A stretch of 64,000 bases of DNA, taken from Chlamydiota bacterium. Lineage in GTDB: Bacteria; Chlamydiota; Chlamydiia; Chlamydiales; Parachlamydiaceae. The translations under genes and the position numbers were made by a program. The DNA lies in assembly GCA_013285965.1 (NCBI GenBank), contig JABDGQ010000002.1:63454-127453 (forward strand), written 5' to 3'. The notes below the pieces were generated by a model, which had not been told where the DNA came from, did no database searches, and was given only the letters and a program-made list of their open reading frames with translations. Numbering within the stretch: position 1 is the stretch's first letter; each line of letters starts with the position of its first letter. Positions 1 through 9,058 of the stretch are shown one piece after another.

Positions 1-697
1 TATTATCCATAACTAGACTTGCCATATCGCCTTTTAATGAAAGTGACCAGCTTTGCAGACGCTCTTTATTGCTAATAAGGGGCCATAAAATGTTTTTTGG
101 CAAATATCTTGGATTCAAATTGTCAAATTGCAACTCAAGCTGCGGCAATTTGTGCTTGCGAATTCCATTTTCGCATAGATCGAATTGATCGTAAATGATA
201 CCTCCTTTCTGCGGCTCCATATTGCTAAAATAATGTGGTGAATTGCGTACCGCCATTTCAGCGGCTGTTAAACGTCGTTGATTATAACGAAAATCATGAA
301 AAATCCAAATGACTTGCCAGCCTAACCTTGCATAATCAGAATTGCGCGCTAGCAATTCTTGCGCATTGATATGTGAATATTGAATTTCAAATACAATTTT
401 TTTTGATAACCAGGCTACATCAGCAATGCGACCAATTTGAGGAAAGGGCCACTCTAGCCGTGCATCGCTTAATGTGAGCTTTTGTTGCAAATAATGTTGC
501 AAGTAAATATGTGTGGCCCCCTTTTGATGTTGCCGACATTGCGGAGTAGGCGCTGTATGATAAAAATGTCGTTGTCGATGGGGGCCACTGCGCAAACGGA
601 CTATACTTTTACATTCCAAACAAAAATAATCAGTATGTTTATGCGCTTGTTGTGCAGAGATTAATTGTTCCTCTTTGTCGTAAGCATAAAGCTGCAT
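1..697 (-). CDS. CoiA-like competence protein (about 232 N-terminal codons; the 3' end runs off the window)
   Basis: Translated by eye from the minus-strand ATG at 695-697. MQLYAYDKEEQ...YFCLECKSIVRLRSGPHRQRHFYH (Cys pair plus HF-H) is followed by GRIADVAW..VFEIQYSHI..GWQVIWIF, which is the CoiA-type layout. The frame stays open to position 2. It is missing from the ORF track because it is truncated at the window edge. Confidence 0.6.
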   Translation of the reverse strand, partial: MQLYAYDKEEQLISAQQAHKHTDYFCLECKSIVRLRSGPHRQRHFYHTAPTPQCRQHQKGATHIYLQHYLQQKLTLSDARLEWPFPQIGRIADVAWLSKKIVFEIQYSHINAQELLARNSDYARLGWQVIWIFHDFRYNQRRLTAAEMAVRNSPHYFSNMEPQKGGIIYDQFDLCENGIRKHKLPQLELQFDNLNPRYLPKNILWPLISNKERLQSWSLSLKGDMASLVMDN

Positions 698-748
698 AAA
701 AACCACATTTCTTATAAAAGTCGATTGAATTCAAGCAAACTAAATCCA

Positions 749-1786
749 TTAATTATTAATTATTAAAGATTTTTTAATTTCTTCGACACTTTTATTTTTC
801 CACAACTCTACATATTTTTCTTCAGTCATTAAGGTGGGTAATAAAGCACGGTCTATATAAAGAATTCCATTTAAATGATCGATTTCATGTTGCAAGATAC
901 GGGCGTACCAACCTTTGGCACGAATGGTTACTGCTTCTGCATACTCATTGAGGCATTCAATGCGCACCGAATCTGCTCTTGGTACAATGCCAATCAATCC
1001 ATCCACACTTAAACAGCCTTCAAAAAAATCGATCATGCAGGCATCTTCTTCGATAAAAACATGTGGATTTATTATAACGTGAAATGGAACTTTATAGCGA
1101 TTGCGCTCAAGTAATTGTTGTGTCGTTAAATGAGAATGTTCCATATCCTCTATTACGGCAAGCGCAATGGGTTGTCCAATTTGAGGAGCGGCTAACCCCA
1201 CCCCGGGTGCTGCTTGCATAGTGACTTTCATAGAGGCAATCAAATTTTGAATTTGCGGACTTAGAATTTCCTCAGCTGTGAGTGGGCGACTTTTTTGACG
1301 TAAAACAGCATCACCTATCTTGACAACATCCAAACTGGCCACATTATCAATAACATCTGTATCTCTGTAGATGATTTTAGATTCTACAATAGCGCTAAAA
1401 GGGATGAGGCCATCGTAAAGATGATAATATTTGTTCTCCCCACCAGAGTTTATCTCATGTACCAATCTACCTTTAATTTTAGATCGATCGATTTTCAAGA
1501 TCGCAAATTCGCTAGCATCTGACCAATACTTGGTGATGATTTTTTCTAACTGCTCCTCTGTAGCAAGATGAATAAAAAGATCATCAACAGCAGATAGAGT
1601 TACCATTTTTTTATTGGCAGTAGCTTGCCAGTGACGCATTGATAATATTTTATAAAGATATGGTTGATCTTGCTGTTCTGTTTCCATAATTTGATTACCC
1701 AAAACTTTTCCATTTTCTAAAAAAAAACCACATAGTATTAAAATACTATATAAACAAATTTTAAACCGCCACATTTGATTTTTCAT
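749..1786 (-). CDS. def: Peptide deformylase fused to an N-terminal DUF952-like domain, with a hydrophobic leader
   Basis: The C-terminal half carries all three PDF motifs: GVGLAAPQIG, EGCLSV and QHEIDHLNG. Residues ~43-140 (YLYKIL..W...FIHLATEEQL...LKID...SGGENKYYHLYDGLIPFSAI) match the DUF952 pattern. Residues 1-30 are hydrophobic. The start is uncertain; M34 is an alternative. Confidence 0.85.
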   Translation of the reverse strand: MKNQMWRFKICLYSILILCGFFLENGKVLGNQIMETEQQDQPYLYKILSMRHWQATANKKMVTLSAVDDLFIHLATEEQLEKIITKYWSDASEFAILKIDRSKIKGRLVHEINSGGENKYYHLYDGLIPFSAIVESKIIYRDTDVIDNVASLDVVKIGDAVLRQKSRPLTAEEILSPQIQNLIASMKVTMQAAPGVGLAAPQIGQPIALAVIEDMEHSHLTTQQLLERNRYKVPFHVIINPHVFIEEDACMIDFFEGCLSVDGLIGIVPRADSVRIECLNEYAEAVTIRAKGWYARILQHEIDHLNGILYIDRALLPTLMTEEKYVELWKNKSVEEIKKSLIINN

Positions 1787-1791
1787 TTAAT

Positions 1792-2316
1792 TTACTCGTT
1801 TTGCATAACGATTTGCATTTTTTCTACTTGTGATTGCATTTGTGCACTCTCCATAGGACTTTTAAAATTGGCAATATACATCCTTATAAAAAAAGCAATG
1901 GTTGAATCATCGCCAGCGTTGCGAGGAATATAATGAAAGTGTACATGCGGTACAGTTTGACCAACTTCTCTACCATTTTTTTGTAAAATTAAGTAAGCGC
2001 TATTGCCAAAAACTTCCATAGCAGCCTTATTGACTTTTTTTATGACCCGACCAATGTGCATGATTTCTTCATCGGAAAGCATGTCAAAATATTCAACATG
2101 TCTTTTAGGTATGATGAGAGAATGTCCAGCAAAAACAGGTTTATGTGTAAAAAGGGCAACAACTAGCTCATCTTCATAAAATTTTTGATAATCGAGGATA
2201 TTTTGATTGCAAAAAGGACAAACAGCATCTTTTTCGCCGTTACTTAGTCCCGCTGTTGGTAAGCTATATAATAGCAATCCTACAGCTAATAAAGTAATTA
2301 TAGAATATTTAAACAT
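1792..2316 (-). CDS. HIT (histidine triad) family hydrolase with an N-terminal hydrophobic leader
   Basis: Histidine triad HVHFHYIPR plus GHSLIIPKRHV. The N-terminus IITLLAVGLLLYSLPTAG looks like a signal peptide or membrane anchor. Confidence 0.8.
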   Translation of the reverse strand: MFKYSIITLLAVGLLLYSLPTAGLSNGEKDAVCPFCNQNILDYQKFYEDELVVALFTHKPVFAGHSLIIPKRHVEYFDMLSDEEIMHIGRVIKKVNKAAMEVFGNSAYLILQKNGREVGQTVPHVHFHYIPRNAGDDSTIAFFIRMYIANFKSPMESAQMQSQVEKMQIVMQNE

Positions 2317-2544
2317 ATAAAATGGTTTAATCGGAGTTAGATTGGCAAAACTATCACACTATCAGTGAATATTTTGCTGATTTTTTTTTATCGTAATTAT
2401 GTTATTACTTAAAATAAACAGGACTGGATGCAAAGCTTATTTAAGTTTTTTAACTTAAATTTTGCCCTTTTTTTGGATTGTGCAAAAGTAAAAAAATTCA
2501 AAATTTTAGGTTGTTCAGCTTATGGGTTATTTAGGGGGTGAAGC

Positions 2545-3936
2545 TTGAAGACATGTGAAGTAATAGTAGTTGGAGCGGGTATTGCCGGTTATGCTGTCGC
2601 TTTGGCATTAGCCAAAAAAGGTATACCTGTTACTATGATGGCTTTGAGTTTTGATCAAAGAATTTATCACTCCCATTTTATAAAAAATGATCAATTAGAA
2701 AATAAGATTCAAAGCTTGCAAGCTGGTAATCAAGAACAATTAGTTTGTCCACGTGCTTATGAACAATTAGCGCAATTCGCCCGCAGTAGTTTTGATGAAC
2801 TTGTAGACATGAATCATTTGATCGATCGCAATGGAAATATCGATATTTATCGTGCTTTGCAACAACAACTGCAACAACAACCTTGTGTGGAATGGATTAC
2901 TAATCATAGTCTTATTGATTTATTGACAGTAGAACGCCATTCACGCAAGAAAGTGGATTGTTATAAAAAACCGATGTGCATCGGTATAGCGACTTATAAT
3001 CATGATAGTCAACAAACAGAATATTTTTTAGCTAAAGAAACCATTTTAGCCACAGGCGGGGCCTCCTCCATTTTTACCTATTCAACTGATTTACCCACAG
3101 CTTATGGAGGTGGACTAGCTATTGCAAACCTAGCGGGGGCCCGCGTTTTGAACATGGAACATATCCATTTTCACCCTTTGGGTTTACTTGAAAAAGATCG
3201 TCCTTGTTTTCCCCTTCCACTTGAATTATTAGCGGCCGGTGGTAAATTATATGGGGCAAAAAATGAATTTTTGCTAGCTGAGCTTTTACCAAAAGATTTA
3301 ACGAAAACAATCTATAGTCAATTATTAAAAACTGATGATGCCCATTTATGGTTAGATTTAACAGCGTTAGATTCATTGGCATTGAAAGAGCAATTCCCCG
3401 CAGTTGATGCTTATTGCTTAAATCGTGGTATTAATATTGCTAAAGATCTTTTGCCCATTGTCCCCACAGCCTGTTATAGTTGTGGCGGAATAGCTGTTGA
3501 TAAAGTGGGCCAAACAAATATTCAACGATTGCGCGCTATTGGAAGTGTGAGTGCAACAGGCGTTTTTTTTAATTATAAGGAAGAAGCTCTGGGGGTGCTA
3601 GAAAGTTTGACATGGGCCAAATCATGCGCTGATGATATTAACAAACAGATCTCAAAATTGGTTTATTATTTTCCAGACTTAACCCTAACTGATTTTTCTT
3701 TTGAGCCAGAGCAAGCAGAATTAATTGAAGAAGATTGGCAAATGTTACGACATATCATGTGGGCATATGCGGGCATTTATCGTGATAGTGCTAGATTAAG
3801 GCGAGGAAAGTGCTTACTTGAGCAATTGCGCAATGCCAATAACCACGCCACATCATTAAAGCAACGCCAATTATTATTAGCACTGCATACAGCTCAGTTG
3901 GTTATTGATGCCGCTCTTAAAAAACCTGAATTTTGA
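2545..3936 (+). CDS. nadB: FAD-dependent oxidoreductase, L-aspartate oxidase (NadB)-like
   Basis: N-terminal dinucleotide fold VIVVGAGIAGYAVALALAKKG. The ILATGGASSIF..AYGGGLAIANLAGARVLNMEHIHFHPLG block is typical of the NadB/SdhA flavoprotein family. TTG start preceded by AGGGGGTG. At 463 aa it is shorter than typical NadB. Confidence 0.6.
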   Translation: MKTCEVIVVGAGIAGYAVALALAKKGIPVTMMALSFDQRIYHSHFIKNDQLENKIQSLQAGNQEQLVCPRAYEQLAQFARSSFDELVDMNHLIDRNGNIDIYRALQQQLQQQPCVEWITNHSLIDLLTVERHSRKKVDCYKKPMCIGIATYNHDSQQTEYFLAKETILATGGASSIFTYSTDLPTAYGGGLAIANLAGARVLNMEHIHFHPLGLLEKDRPCFPLPLELLAAGGKLYGAKNEFLLAELLPKDLTKTIYSQLLKTDDAHLWLDLTALDSLALKEQFPAVDAYCLNRGINIAKDLLPIVPTACYSCGGIAVDKVGQTNIQRLRAIGSVSATGVFFNYKEEALGVLESLTWAKSCADDINKQISKLVYYFPDLTLTDFSFEPEQAELIEEDWQMLRHIMWAYAGIYRDSARLRRGKCLLEQLRNANNHATSLKQRQLLLALHTAQLVIDAALKKPEF

Positions 3937-3944
3937 GTTTTTAG

Positions 3945-5210
3945 ATGGATCATGTAGAATTTACACCTACAGTTATTGAGAAAGAAGATGAGCTTAAATT
4001 GGCTTTAAAACAATTTTTTTTAGAAACGCAAAGATTAGAAAATAGCTATCAAGGTTTGCAGGAACGTTTTAAAAGCATTCAAAGCAATTTACAAGAATCG
4101 CATACACGATTTGATGGTAAATTAATAGAGTTGAGTTTTACCTCTAATTACTTACAAACTATCCTGCAGCAGATCTCTCAAGGTATTATCTTTATTGATT
4201 TGCAGGGTATGATAACTACCTATAATGCAGCGGCGCAAAATATTTTACAATTACCGGAGCAATCTTTATTATTTCATCATTTTTCACAATGTTTAAGAGA
4301 TGATTTTTTTGGCTTTTCCCTGCAACAAGTTTTCGCCGCGCAAAAAAATGTAGCTACTTCCTGGATCACTTTAAAAGCAGATGGCAAGGAAACTGAACTA
4401 GAGGTAGAAGCGATTTTCATTGCAATGTCACAACAAAATTATTCGCAAAGCTTTCGGCAGCAGCAAGCCCTGCCTATACAAGGATTGTTGCTGCTGATGC
4501 ACGATGTTACCAAAATGCGACACTTACAATTTGTTGCAAACCGCAATGATCGTTTAAAAGAATTAGGGGCTATGTCAGCTAAATTAGCACACGAGATTCG
4601 CAATCCATTAGGAGGAATTAAAGGTTTTGCTACGATATTAAAAGATGAATTGCATGATCGGAAAGATTTGCAACAAATGGCCATTCATATTGCTCAAGGT
4701 GCCGATGATCTTAACCAATTCGTTAATCACATTTTAACCTATTCACGACCTTGTCACTTGCAACTAGAAATTGTTGATGTAGTGTATTTGATGTCAGAAA
4801 TTGAATTGTTATTACGGGCAGATAGTTTGTGGAATGCAAAAATTAATTTTAGCATAGAAAGCTCTTGTGCGCAGCTATTACTAAGAATTGATCCTTTACT
4901 GTTTAAATCGGCCATTTTAAATTTATTGGTAAATGCTATTCAAGCGATGCCAGAAGGTGGTCAATTGAATATTCGTTTATGGCAACATGAAACTTGGGCC
5001 ATTATTGAGATTGAGGATACCGGTATTGGTATTGAAAGCGAACATTTATCAAATGTTTTTTCACCTTTTTTTACTACCAAACCTTCGGGAAATGGCTTAG
5101 GCTTGGCTGAAGTTTATAAAACTATTCAAGCACATGATGGTTTTATCGATGTACAATCAGCTCAAAATCAAGGAACTAAGTTTACGATTAAAATTCCAAT
5201 GAACCCTTAG
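3945..5210 (+). CDS. ctcB: Sensor histidine kinase (PAS + HisKA + HATPase), NtrB/AtoS-like CtcB
   Basis: H-box LAHEIRNPLGGIKGF, an N box LLVNAIQA, and G boxes DTGIGI and GNGLGLA. It lies directly upstream of a sigma-54 activator, as in the chlamydial CtcB/CtcC pair. Confidence 0.8.
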   Translation: MDHVEFTPTVIEKEDELKLALKQFFLETQRLENSYQGLQERFKSIQSNLQESHTRFDGKLIELSFTSNYLQTILQQISQGIIFIDLQGMITTYNAAAQNILQLPEQSLLFHHFSQCLRDDFFGFSLQQVFAAQKNVATSWITLKADGKETELEVEAIFIAMSQQNYSQSFRQQQALPIQGLLLLMHDVTKMRHLQFVANRNDRLKELGAMSAKLAHEIRNPLGGIKGFATILKDELHDRKDLQQMAIHIAQGADDLNQFVNHILTYSRPCHLQLEIVDVVYLMSEIELLLRADSLWNAKINFSIESSCAQLLLRIDPLLFKSAILNLLVNAIQAMPEGGQLNIRLWQHETWAIIEIEDTGIGIESEHLSNVFSPFFTTKPSGNGLGLAEVYKTIQAHDGFIDVQSAQNQGTKFTIKIPMNP

Positions 5211-5225
5211 CGCCAAAAAAGGCAA

Positions 5226-5262
5226 TTTTAACAAATAAATGTAATTTCCAAAGAAGTCTATT
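5226..5262 (+). repeat. Family A extended repeat (37 nt) in the ctcB-ctcC spacer
   Basis: ttttaacaaataaatgtaatttccaaagaagtctatt. See 38745-38781. It is followed by the hairpin ctattag-gctt-ctaatag (5258-5275). Confidence 0.85.
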
Positions 5263-5303
5263 AGGCTTCTAATAGTCATACTGACGTGTGGGAGGGATTA
5301 GTT

Positions 5304-6626
5304 ATGCCAATAGAAAAAATATGTATTGTTGATGACGAAGTCATCATGCGTAATTTTCTAGCTGAAGCATTAAAACGAAAAGGGTTTGAAATACAAACTG
5401 CCGAGAGTGGTGAAAAAGCACTTAGTCTTTTGCAACAGCAAACATTTGATCTCGTTATTACCGATATGAAAATGGGTACTGTATCAGGGATGGATGTAAT
5501 TAAGTATCTCAAGGAAAACAATCCTAATACTCTTACTATTGTCATTACTGCCTTTGGTACAATTGAAAATGCGGTTGAAGCGATGAAAAATGGGGCCTTT
5601 CACTACTTAATCAAACCATTTGCCTTAGAAAGTTTAATAGCTATTATCGAAAAAGCTAATCAGCATCTAGCATTATTAGAAGAAAATCGTTATTTGCGTC
5701 AGCAGGTGGCTGCCAATCCCGGAAATAAACCTATTATTGCTGTCAGTAGCACTATGCAAAAAGTATTACAAGAAGTGCAGCAGATCGCTAAAAGCAATGC
5801 CAATGTATTTATTAGCGGAGAAACTGGCACAGGCAAAGAGGTTATTGCCCATCTCATTCATTACAGCTCGCTATGTGCAAATCACCCTTTTATTAAAGTT
5901 AATTGTGCCGCCATTCCTGATAATTTGATAGAGTCTGAATTTTTTGGCCATGAGAAGGGTGCTTTTACAGGCGCTGCCACTAAACGTATTGGCCGTTTTG
6001 AATTAGCCAATGGAGGCTCTTTGCTTTTGGATGAAGTGACTGAAATTCCGCTACTTCTGCAACCTAAGCTGTTGCGTGTCATACAGGAGCAAGAATTTGA
6101 ACGTGTGGGTGGCACAAAGTCAGTTAAAGTAAACGTTAGATTAATATCTACTACCAATCGCGATGTGCGTGCTGCAATCGCTGAAAAATTTTTGCGCGAA
6201 GATTTATATTATCGGCTAAACGTTGTTCCTATCCACTTACCACCATTACGCGAAAGAAAAGAGGATATTATACCGCTAGCTGAACATTTTATCATCAAAG
6301 CTTGTCAAGAAAATCATTTAAGTAAGAAAAAACTATCTGCGGAAGCATCAAAAAAGCTGTTAGATTATAATTGGCCAGGTAATGTACGTGAATTAGCTAA
6401 TGTTATTGAGCGTGCTATTGTAATGGATAATAATGCACAGATTTCCGGAGAGGCTTTACGCTTAGAAGAAAACGCAATATCATGCAAAACATTGCCAGAA
6501 TTAGAAAAACAATTAATAGTAGCAACAATGCAGCTACAGCCAAATACTACGAAAGCGGCTCAAACACTAGGTATTAGTATTAAAATGTTGCGCGATAAAC
6601 TACAAGAATATCAATTGTCTGAATAA
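5304..6626 (+). CDS. ctcC: Sigma-54-dependent response regulator (NtrC/AtoC family) CtcC
   Basis: Receiver domain (VDDE...DLVITDMKM), Walker A GETGTGKE, the GAFTGA loop (EKGAFTGA), ESEFFGHE and a C-terminal HTH. I prefer the ATG at 5304 because GGGAGGG lies 8 nt upstream. The track ORF starts at a GTG at 5286. Confidence 0.9.
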   Translation: MPIEKICIVDDEVIMRNFLAEALKRKGFEIQTAESGEKALSLLQQQTFDLVITDMKMGTVSGMDVIKYLKENNPNTLTIVITAFGTIENAVEAMKNGAFHYLIKPFALESLIAIIEKANQHLALLEENRYLRQQVAANPGNKPIIAVSSTMQKVLQEVQQIAKSNANVFISGETGTGKEVIAHLIHYSSLCANHPFIKVNCAAIPDNLIESEFFGHEKGAFTGAATKRIGRFELANGGSLLLDEVTEIPLLLQPKLLRVIQEQEFERVGGTKSVKVNVRLISTTNRDVRAAIAEKFLREDLYYRLNVVPIHLPPLRERKEDIIPLAEHFIIKACQENHLSKKKLSAEASKKLLDYNWPGNVRELANVIERAIVMDNNAQISGEALRLEENAISCKTLPELEKQLIVATMQLQPNTTKAAQTLGISIKMLRDKLQEYQLSE

Positions 6627-6635
6627 TAGATATGT

Positions 6636-6672
6636 ACTAAAGGCACTCTTCAAATTATGCGGTAAGGTGAGT
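6636..6672 (+). repeat. Family B dispersed repeat, copy upstream of yidD
   Basis: actaaaggcactcttcaaattatgcggtaaggtgagt. Its 3' end, AAGGTGA, lies 7 nt before the yidD ATG. Confidence 0.85.
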
Positions 6673-6677
6673 TATTA

Positions 6678-6890
6678 ATGTTTGTCAAGTTGCTAATTAT
6701 ATTGATTCGTCTTTATCAATGGACTATTAGTCCCATGTTAGGGCCTATTTGTCGCTTTCATCCTACCTGCTCAAACTATTGTATGCAGGCCTTAAGTAAA
6801 TATGGATTTCTTAAAGGGTTGTATTTGGGCTTTAAGCGTTTGTTACGCTGTCATCCCTATTGTGATGGCGGGGACGATCCAGTTATATAA
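6678..6890 (+). CDS. yidD: Membrane protein insertion efficiency factor YidD
   Basis: 70 aa with [27 protein letters not shown]...KRLLRCHP, the hallmark YidD sequence. Confidence 0.9.
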   Translation: MFVKLLIILIRLYQWTISPMLGPICRFHPTCSNYCMQALSKYGFLKGLYLGFKRLLRCHPYCDGGDDPVI

Positions 6891-6926
6891 GTAATGTGTC
6901 TCCTTTATAGATGGCTGTGGATAGGC

Positions 6927-6962
6927 ACTAAAGGCACTCTTCAAATTATGCGCAAGGTGAGT
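6927..6962 (+). repeat. Family B dispersed repeat, copy downstream of yidD
   Basis: actaaaggcactcttcaaattatgcgcaaggtgagt is identical to 6636-6672 except for one substitution and one 1-nt indel. Confidence 0.85.
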
Positions 6963-7086
6963 GTATTAGACTTAATTCTAAATTCTCTGTATCGGGACAA
7001 GGTAATATGACCACGATACAGATCGTCGATTCGCAAGGCTTTGAAGCAATCTAAAGAGCAAAAAACTAAGAGTTCAGATTATTAGC

Positions 7087-7422
7087 CTATAATTCTTGCT
7101 CTTCACTTATATATTGCGATGGGCTATCTGGCTTAGGTGGGCCGGTTTCATAACGCCTAAATGCATGGCCAAAAGATCGTTCCATGAGACTGTCATAATC
7201 TTGCAATGCTTTATTCTGCACTGTTGTAGCTTGTGCTGCTGTTTGATTAGCAGCTGCGGCAGCTTCCCCAACCGCACCACCGGCTGAAATAACGCGGGCA
7301 GTGAATTTTTTCTTCAGACTAGAGCCGTTTTCAGTCACATTTTCTTGTAGACAGCAATTTTTGTATTTCTTACCAGATCCGCATGGACACAGATCATTGC
7401 GACCAGCTTTTGGTTTCATGTG
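7087..7422 (-). CDS. Small SEC-C motif (metal-binding) protein
   Basis: [18 protein letters not shown] near the N-terminus. The start is set at M17 of the track ORF because AAGGAG lies 7 nt upstream of that ATG. Confidence 0.7.
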   Translation of the reverse strand, partial: HMKPKAGRNDLCPCGSGKKYKNCCLQENVTENGSSLKKKFTARVISAGGAVGEAAAAANQTAAQATTVQNKALQDYDSLMERSFGHAFRRYETGPPKPDSPSQYISEEQEL

Positions 7423-7473
7423 CGCTCCTTTATTAGCTAAACTCAGGTTAGTATACCTAGATTTAAACATTTC

Positions 7474-9054
7474 TCATGTGATTAATTCAATCATTAAATG
7501 CCTTAAAGAATCATTTTGCGCGATCTCTTCAAATGGGAGAGGTAATCGATATGACCAGTTGGTATCAGTAACAACGCCTGGTACATTGATACGTTGTTCA
7601 TCAATATTGTTGTCACAATATTCTGGTAGAAGTGTTAAGTATTCTGGAAGCAAATTAACGTGAAATAAACTACCGCAATGATGGCTATCCCATAATATTT
7701 TGCGATGTTGACTGGCTGAGAGCATATTTTGATATGTCCATCCTTCCATCTCCGCCCATAATTTAGCTTCCTCTGGACAATCGCGCCACCACTGCTGCAG
7801 AGTTTGCGAGTCATGGGTGGAAACTGTGGCTAAGCTATCGAAGTTATAATTTTGTGGCATAATATATTTTTTATCTTGATTCCATCTTCTTTCCCAGCGC
7901 ATGACTCGTGTTCCGCAAATCCCTAATCGTTTTAGACAAGCTCTTACTTCATCAGGAACGACTCCCAAATCTTCACCAATCGGTAACATTTCACAGTTAC
8001 TTAACATCATTTTAAGAATTTTCTCTCCTAGAGCAATCCATTCATTTTTATCGTGTGGAATGAAGTGTCCGTCTTGACTACTATTGCCTTTAGGAATGGC
8101 CCAAATGCGAAAAAAACCAACAATATGATCGATGCGATACATATGGTAATAGCGGGTAGCCCATTGTAAGCGTTCAATCCACCAGCGATACTCTTGTTTT
8201 TCTAATATTGACCAGTTGTAAATCGGAAATCCCCAATTTTGGCCATCTTTTGCATAGACATCCGGGGGGGCACCGGCTGAGTAATTTAAATCAAATATTT
8301 GGCGGTGTTCCCAAACGTCGGCGCTATCGCGGGCAATCAAAATTGGCACATCGCCCATTATGAAAACATTCTTCAGTGTGGAATATTTTTTTACCTCTTG
8401 CAATTGCATATCGCATAAAAATTGAGTAATGCACAGCTCTTGGTAAAGTTCTTTTTCGCTTTCGATGATTTGATCAAATAATTCATCGTTAATAGGATTT
8501 TGTGATTCAGGCCACCGTTCCCAACTGGCTCCAAGATACAGTTTTTTTAAAATTTTAAAAACGGCATAACCTTTTAGCCAAGGTGTGGAATTTAAAAAAA
8601 ATTGATATTTTTCATTTTGCTGCAATTTCTGTCCCATCAGAGTGTAATAAGTGGTTAAAAACTCTTGTTTTTGACTACGGACTGCAGCGTATTGAACATT
8701 TTTAGTTTTATTTAAGAGTGCTAGTTTTTTTAAAAGATCTTGCAAAATGCTAAATTTATCAATACCTGGCAATGCCGATAGTTGTAGGTAAAGAGGATTG
8801 AGGGCAAAAGCGGATAGTGCGCTGTAGGGACTTGTTTCCTCACCAGTGTCATTGAGTGGAAGGAGTTGGATGACATCAAGTCCAATTACATGTGCCCAAT
8901 CTATGAGTGGAAGAAGATCGTAAAATTCACCTATTCCCGATGAGTTAGCTGTACACAAACTAAATAAAGGAATGGCAATACCGTGATGATGATGTGGGCC
9001 AATTTTTTGCCAATGTGGTGTGGCTTGACAGTGTCTTAAATGCGAAATATCCAT
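7474..9054 (-). CDS. malQ: 4-alpha-glucanotransferase (amylomaltase, GH77)
   Basis: The length and blocks such as QLLPLNDTG..SPYSALSAFALNPLYL, YRIDHIVGFFRIW, GEDLGVVP and STHDS are typical of MalQ. Confidence 0.9.
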   Translation of the reverse strand: MDISHLRHCQATPHWQKIGPHHHHGIAIPLFSLCTANSSGIGEFYDLLPLIDWAHVIGLDVIQLLPLNDTGEETSPYSALSAFALNPLYLQLSALPGIDKFSILQDLLKKLALLNKTKNVQYAAVRSQKQEFLTTYYTLMGQKLQQNEKYQFFLNSTPWLKGYAVFKILKKLYLGASWERWPESQNPINDELFDQIIESEKELYQELCITQFLCDMQLQEVKKYSTLKNVFIMGDVPILIARDSADVWEHRQIFDLNYSAGAPPDVYAKDGQNWGFPIYNWSILEKQEYRWWIERLQWATRYYHMYRIDHIVGFFRIWAIPKGNSSQDGHFIPHDKNEWIALGEKILKMMLSNCEMLPIGEDLGVVPDEVRACLKRLGICGTRVMRWERRWNQDKKYIMPQNYNFDSLATVSTHDSQTLQQWWRDCPEEAKLWAEMEGWTYQNMLSASQHRKILWDSHHCGSLFHVNLLPEYLTLLPEYCDNNIDEQRINVPGVVTDTNWSYRLPLPFEEIAQNDSLRHLMIELIT

Positions 9055-9058
9055 AATT

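Noticed and set aside
482-664. 60-aa plus-strand ORF, the only ORF listed in the first 700 nt.
   Set aside because: It is antisense to the much longer CoiA-like reading frame, which stays open to the window edge.
2439-2474. Hairpin atttaagtt-tttt-aacttaaat followed by a T-rich tract, in the divergent HIT / nadB-like promoter region. It could be an sRNA terminator or attenuator.
   Set aside because: The stem is entirely A-T, so stability is low. No upstream transcription unit is evident, and such palindromes are expected by chance in AT-rich spacers.
7301-7663. 120-aa plus-strand ORF spanning the SEC-C / malQ junction, with a 63-aa ORF at 7096-7287.
   Set aside because: Both are antisense to two well-supported minus-strand genes and have no motif or RBS.
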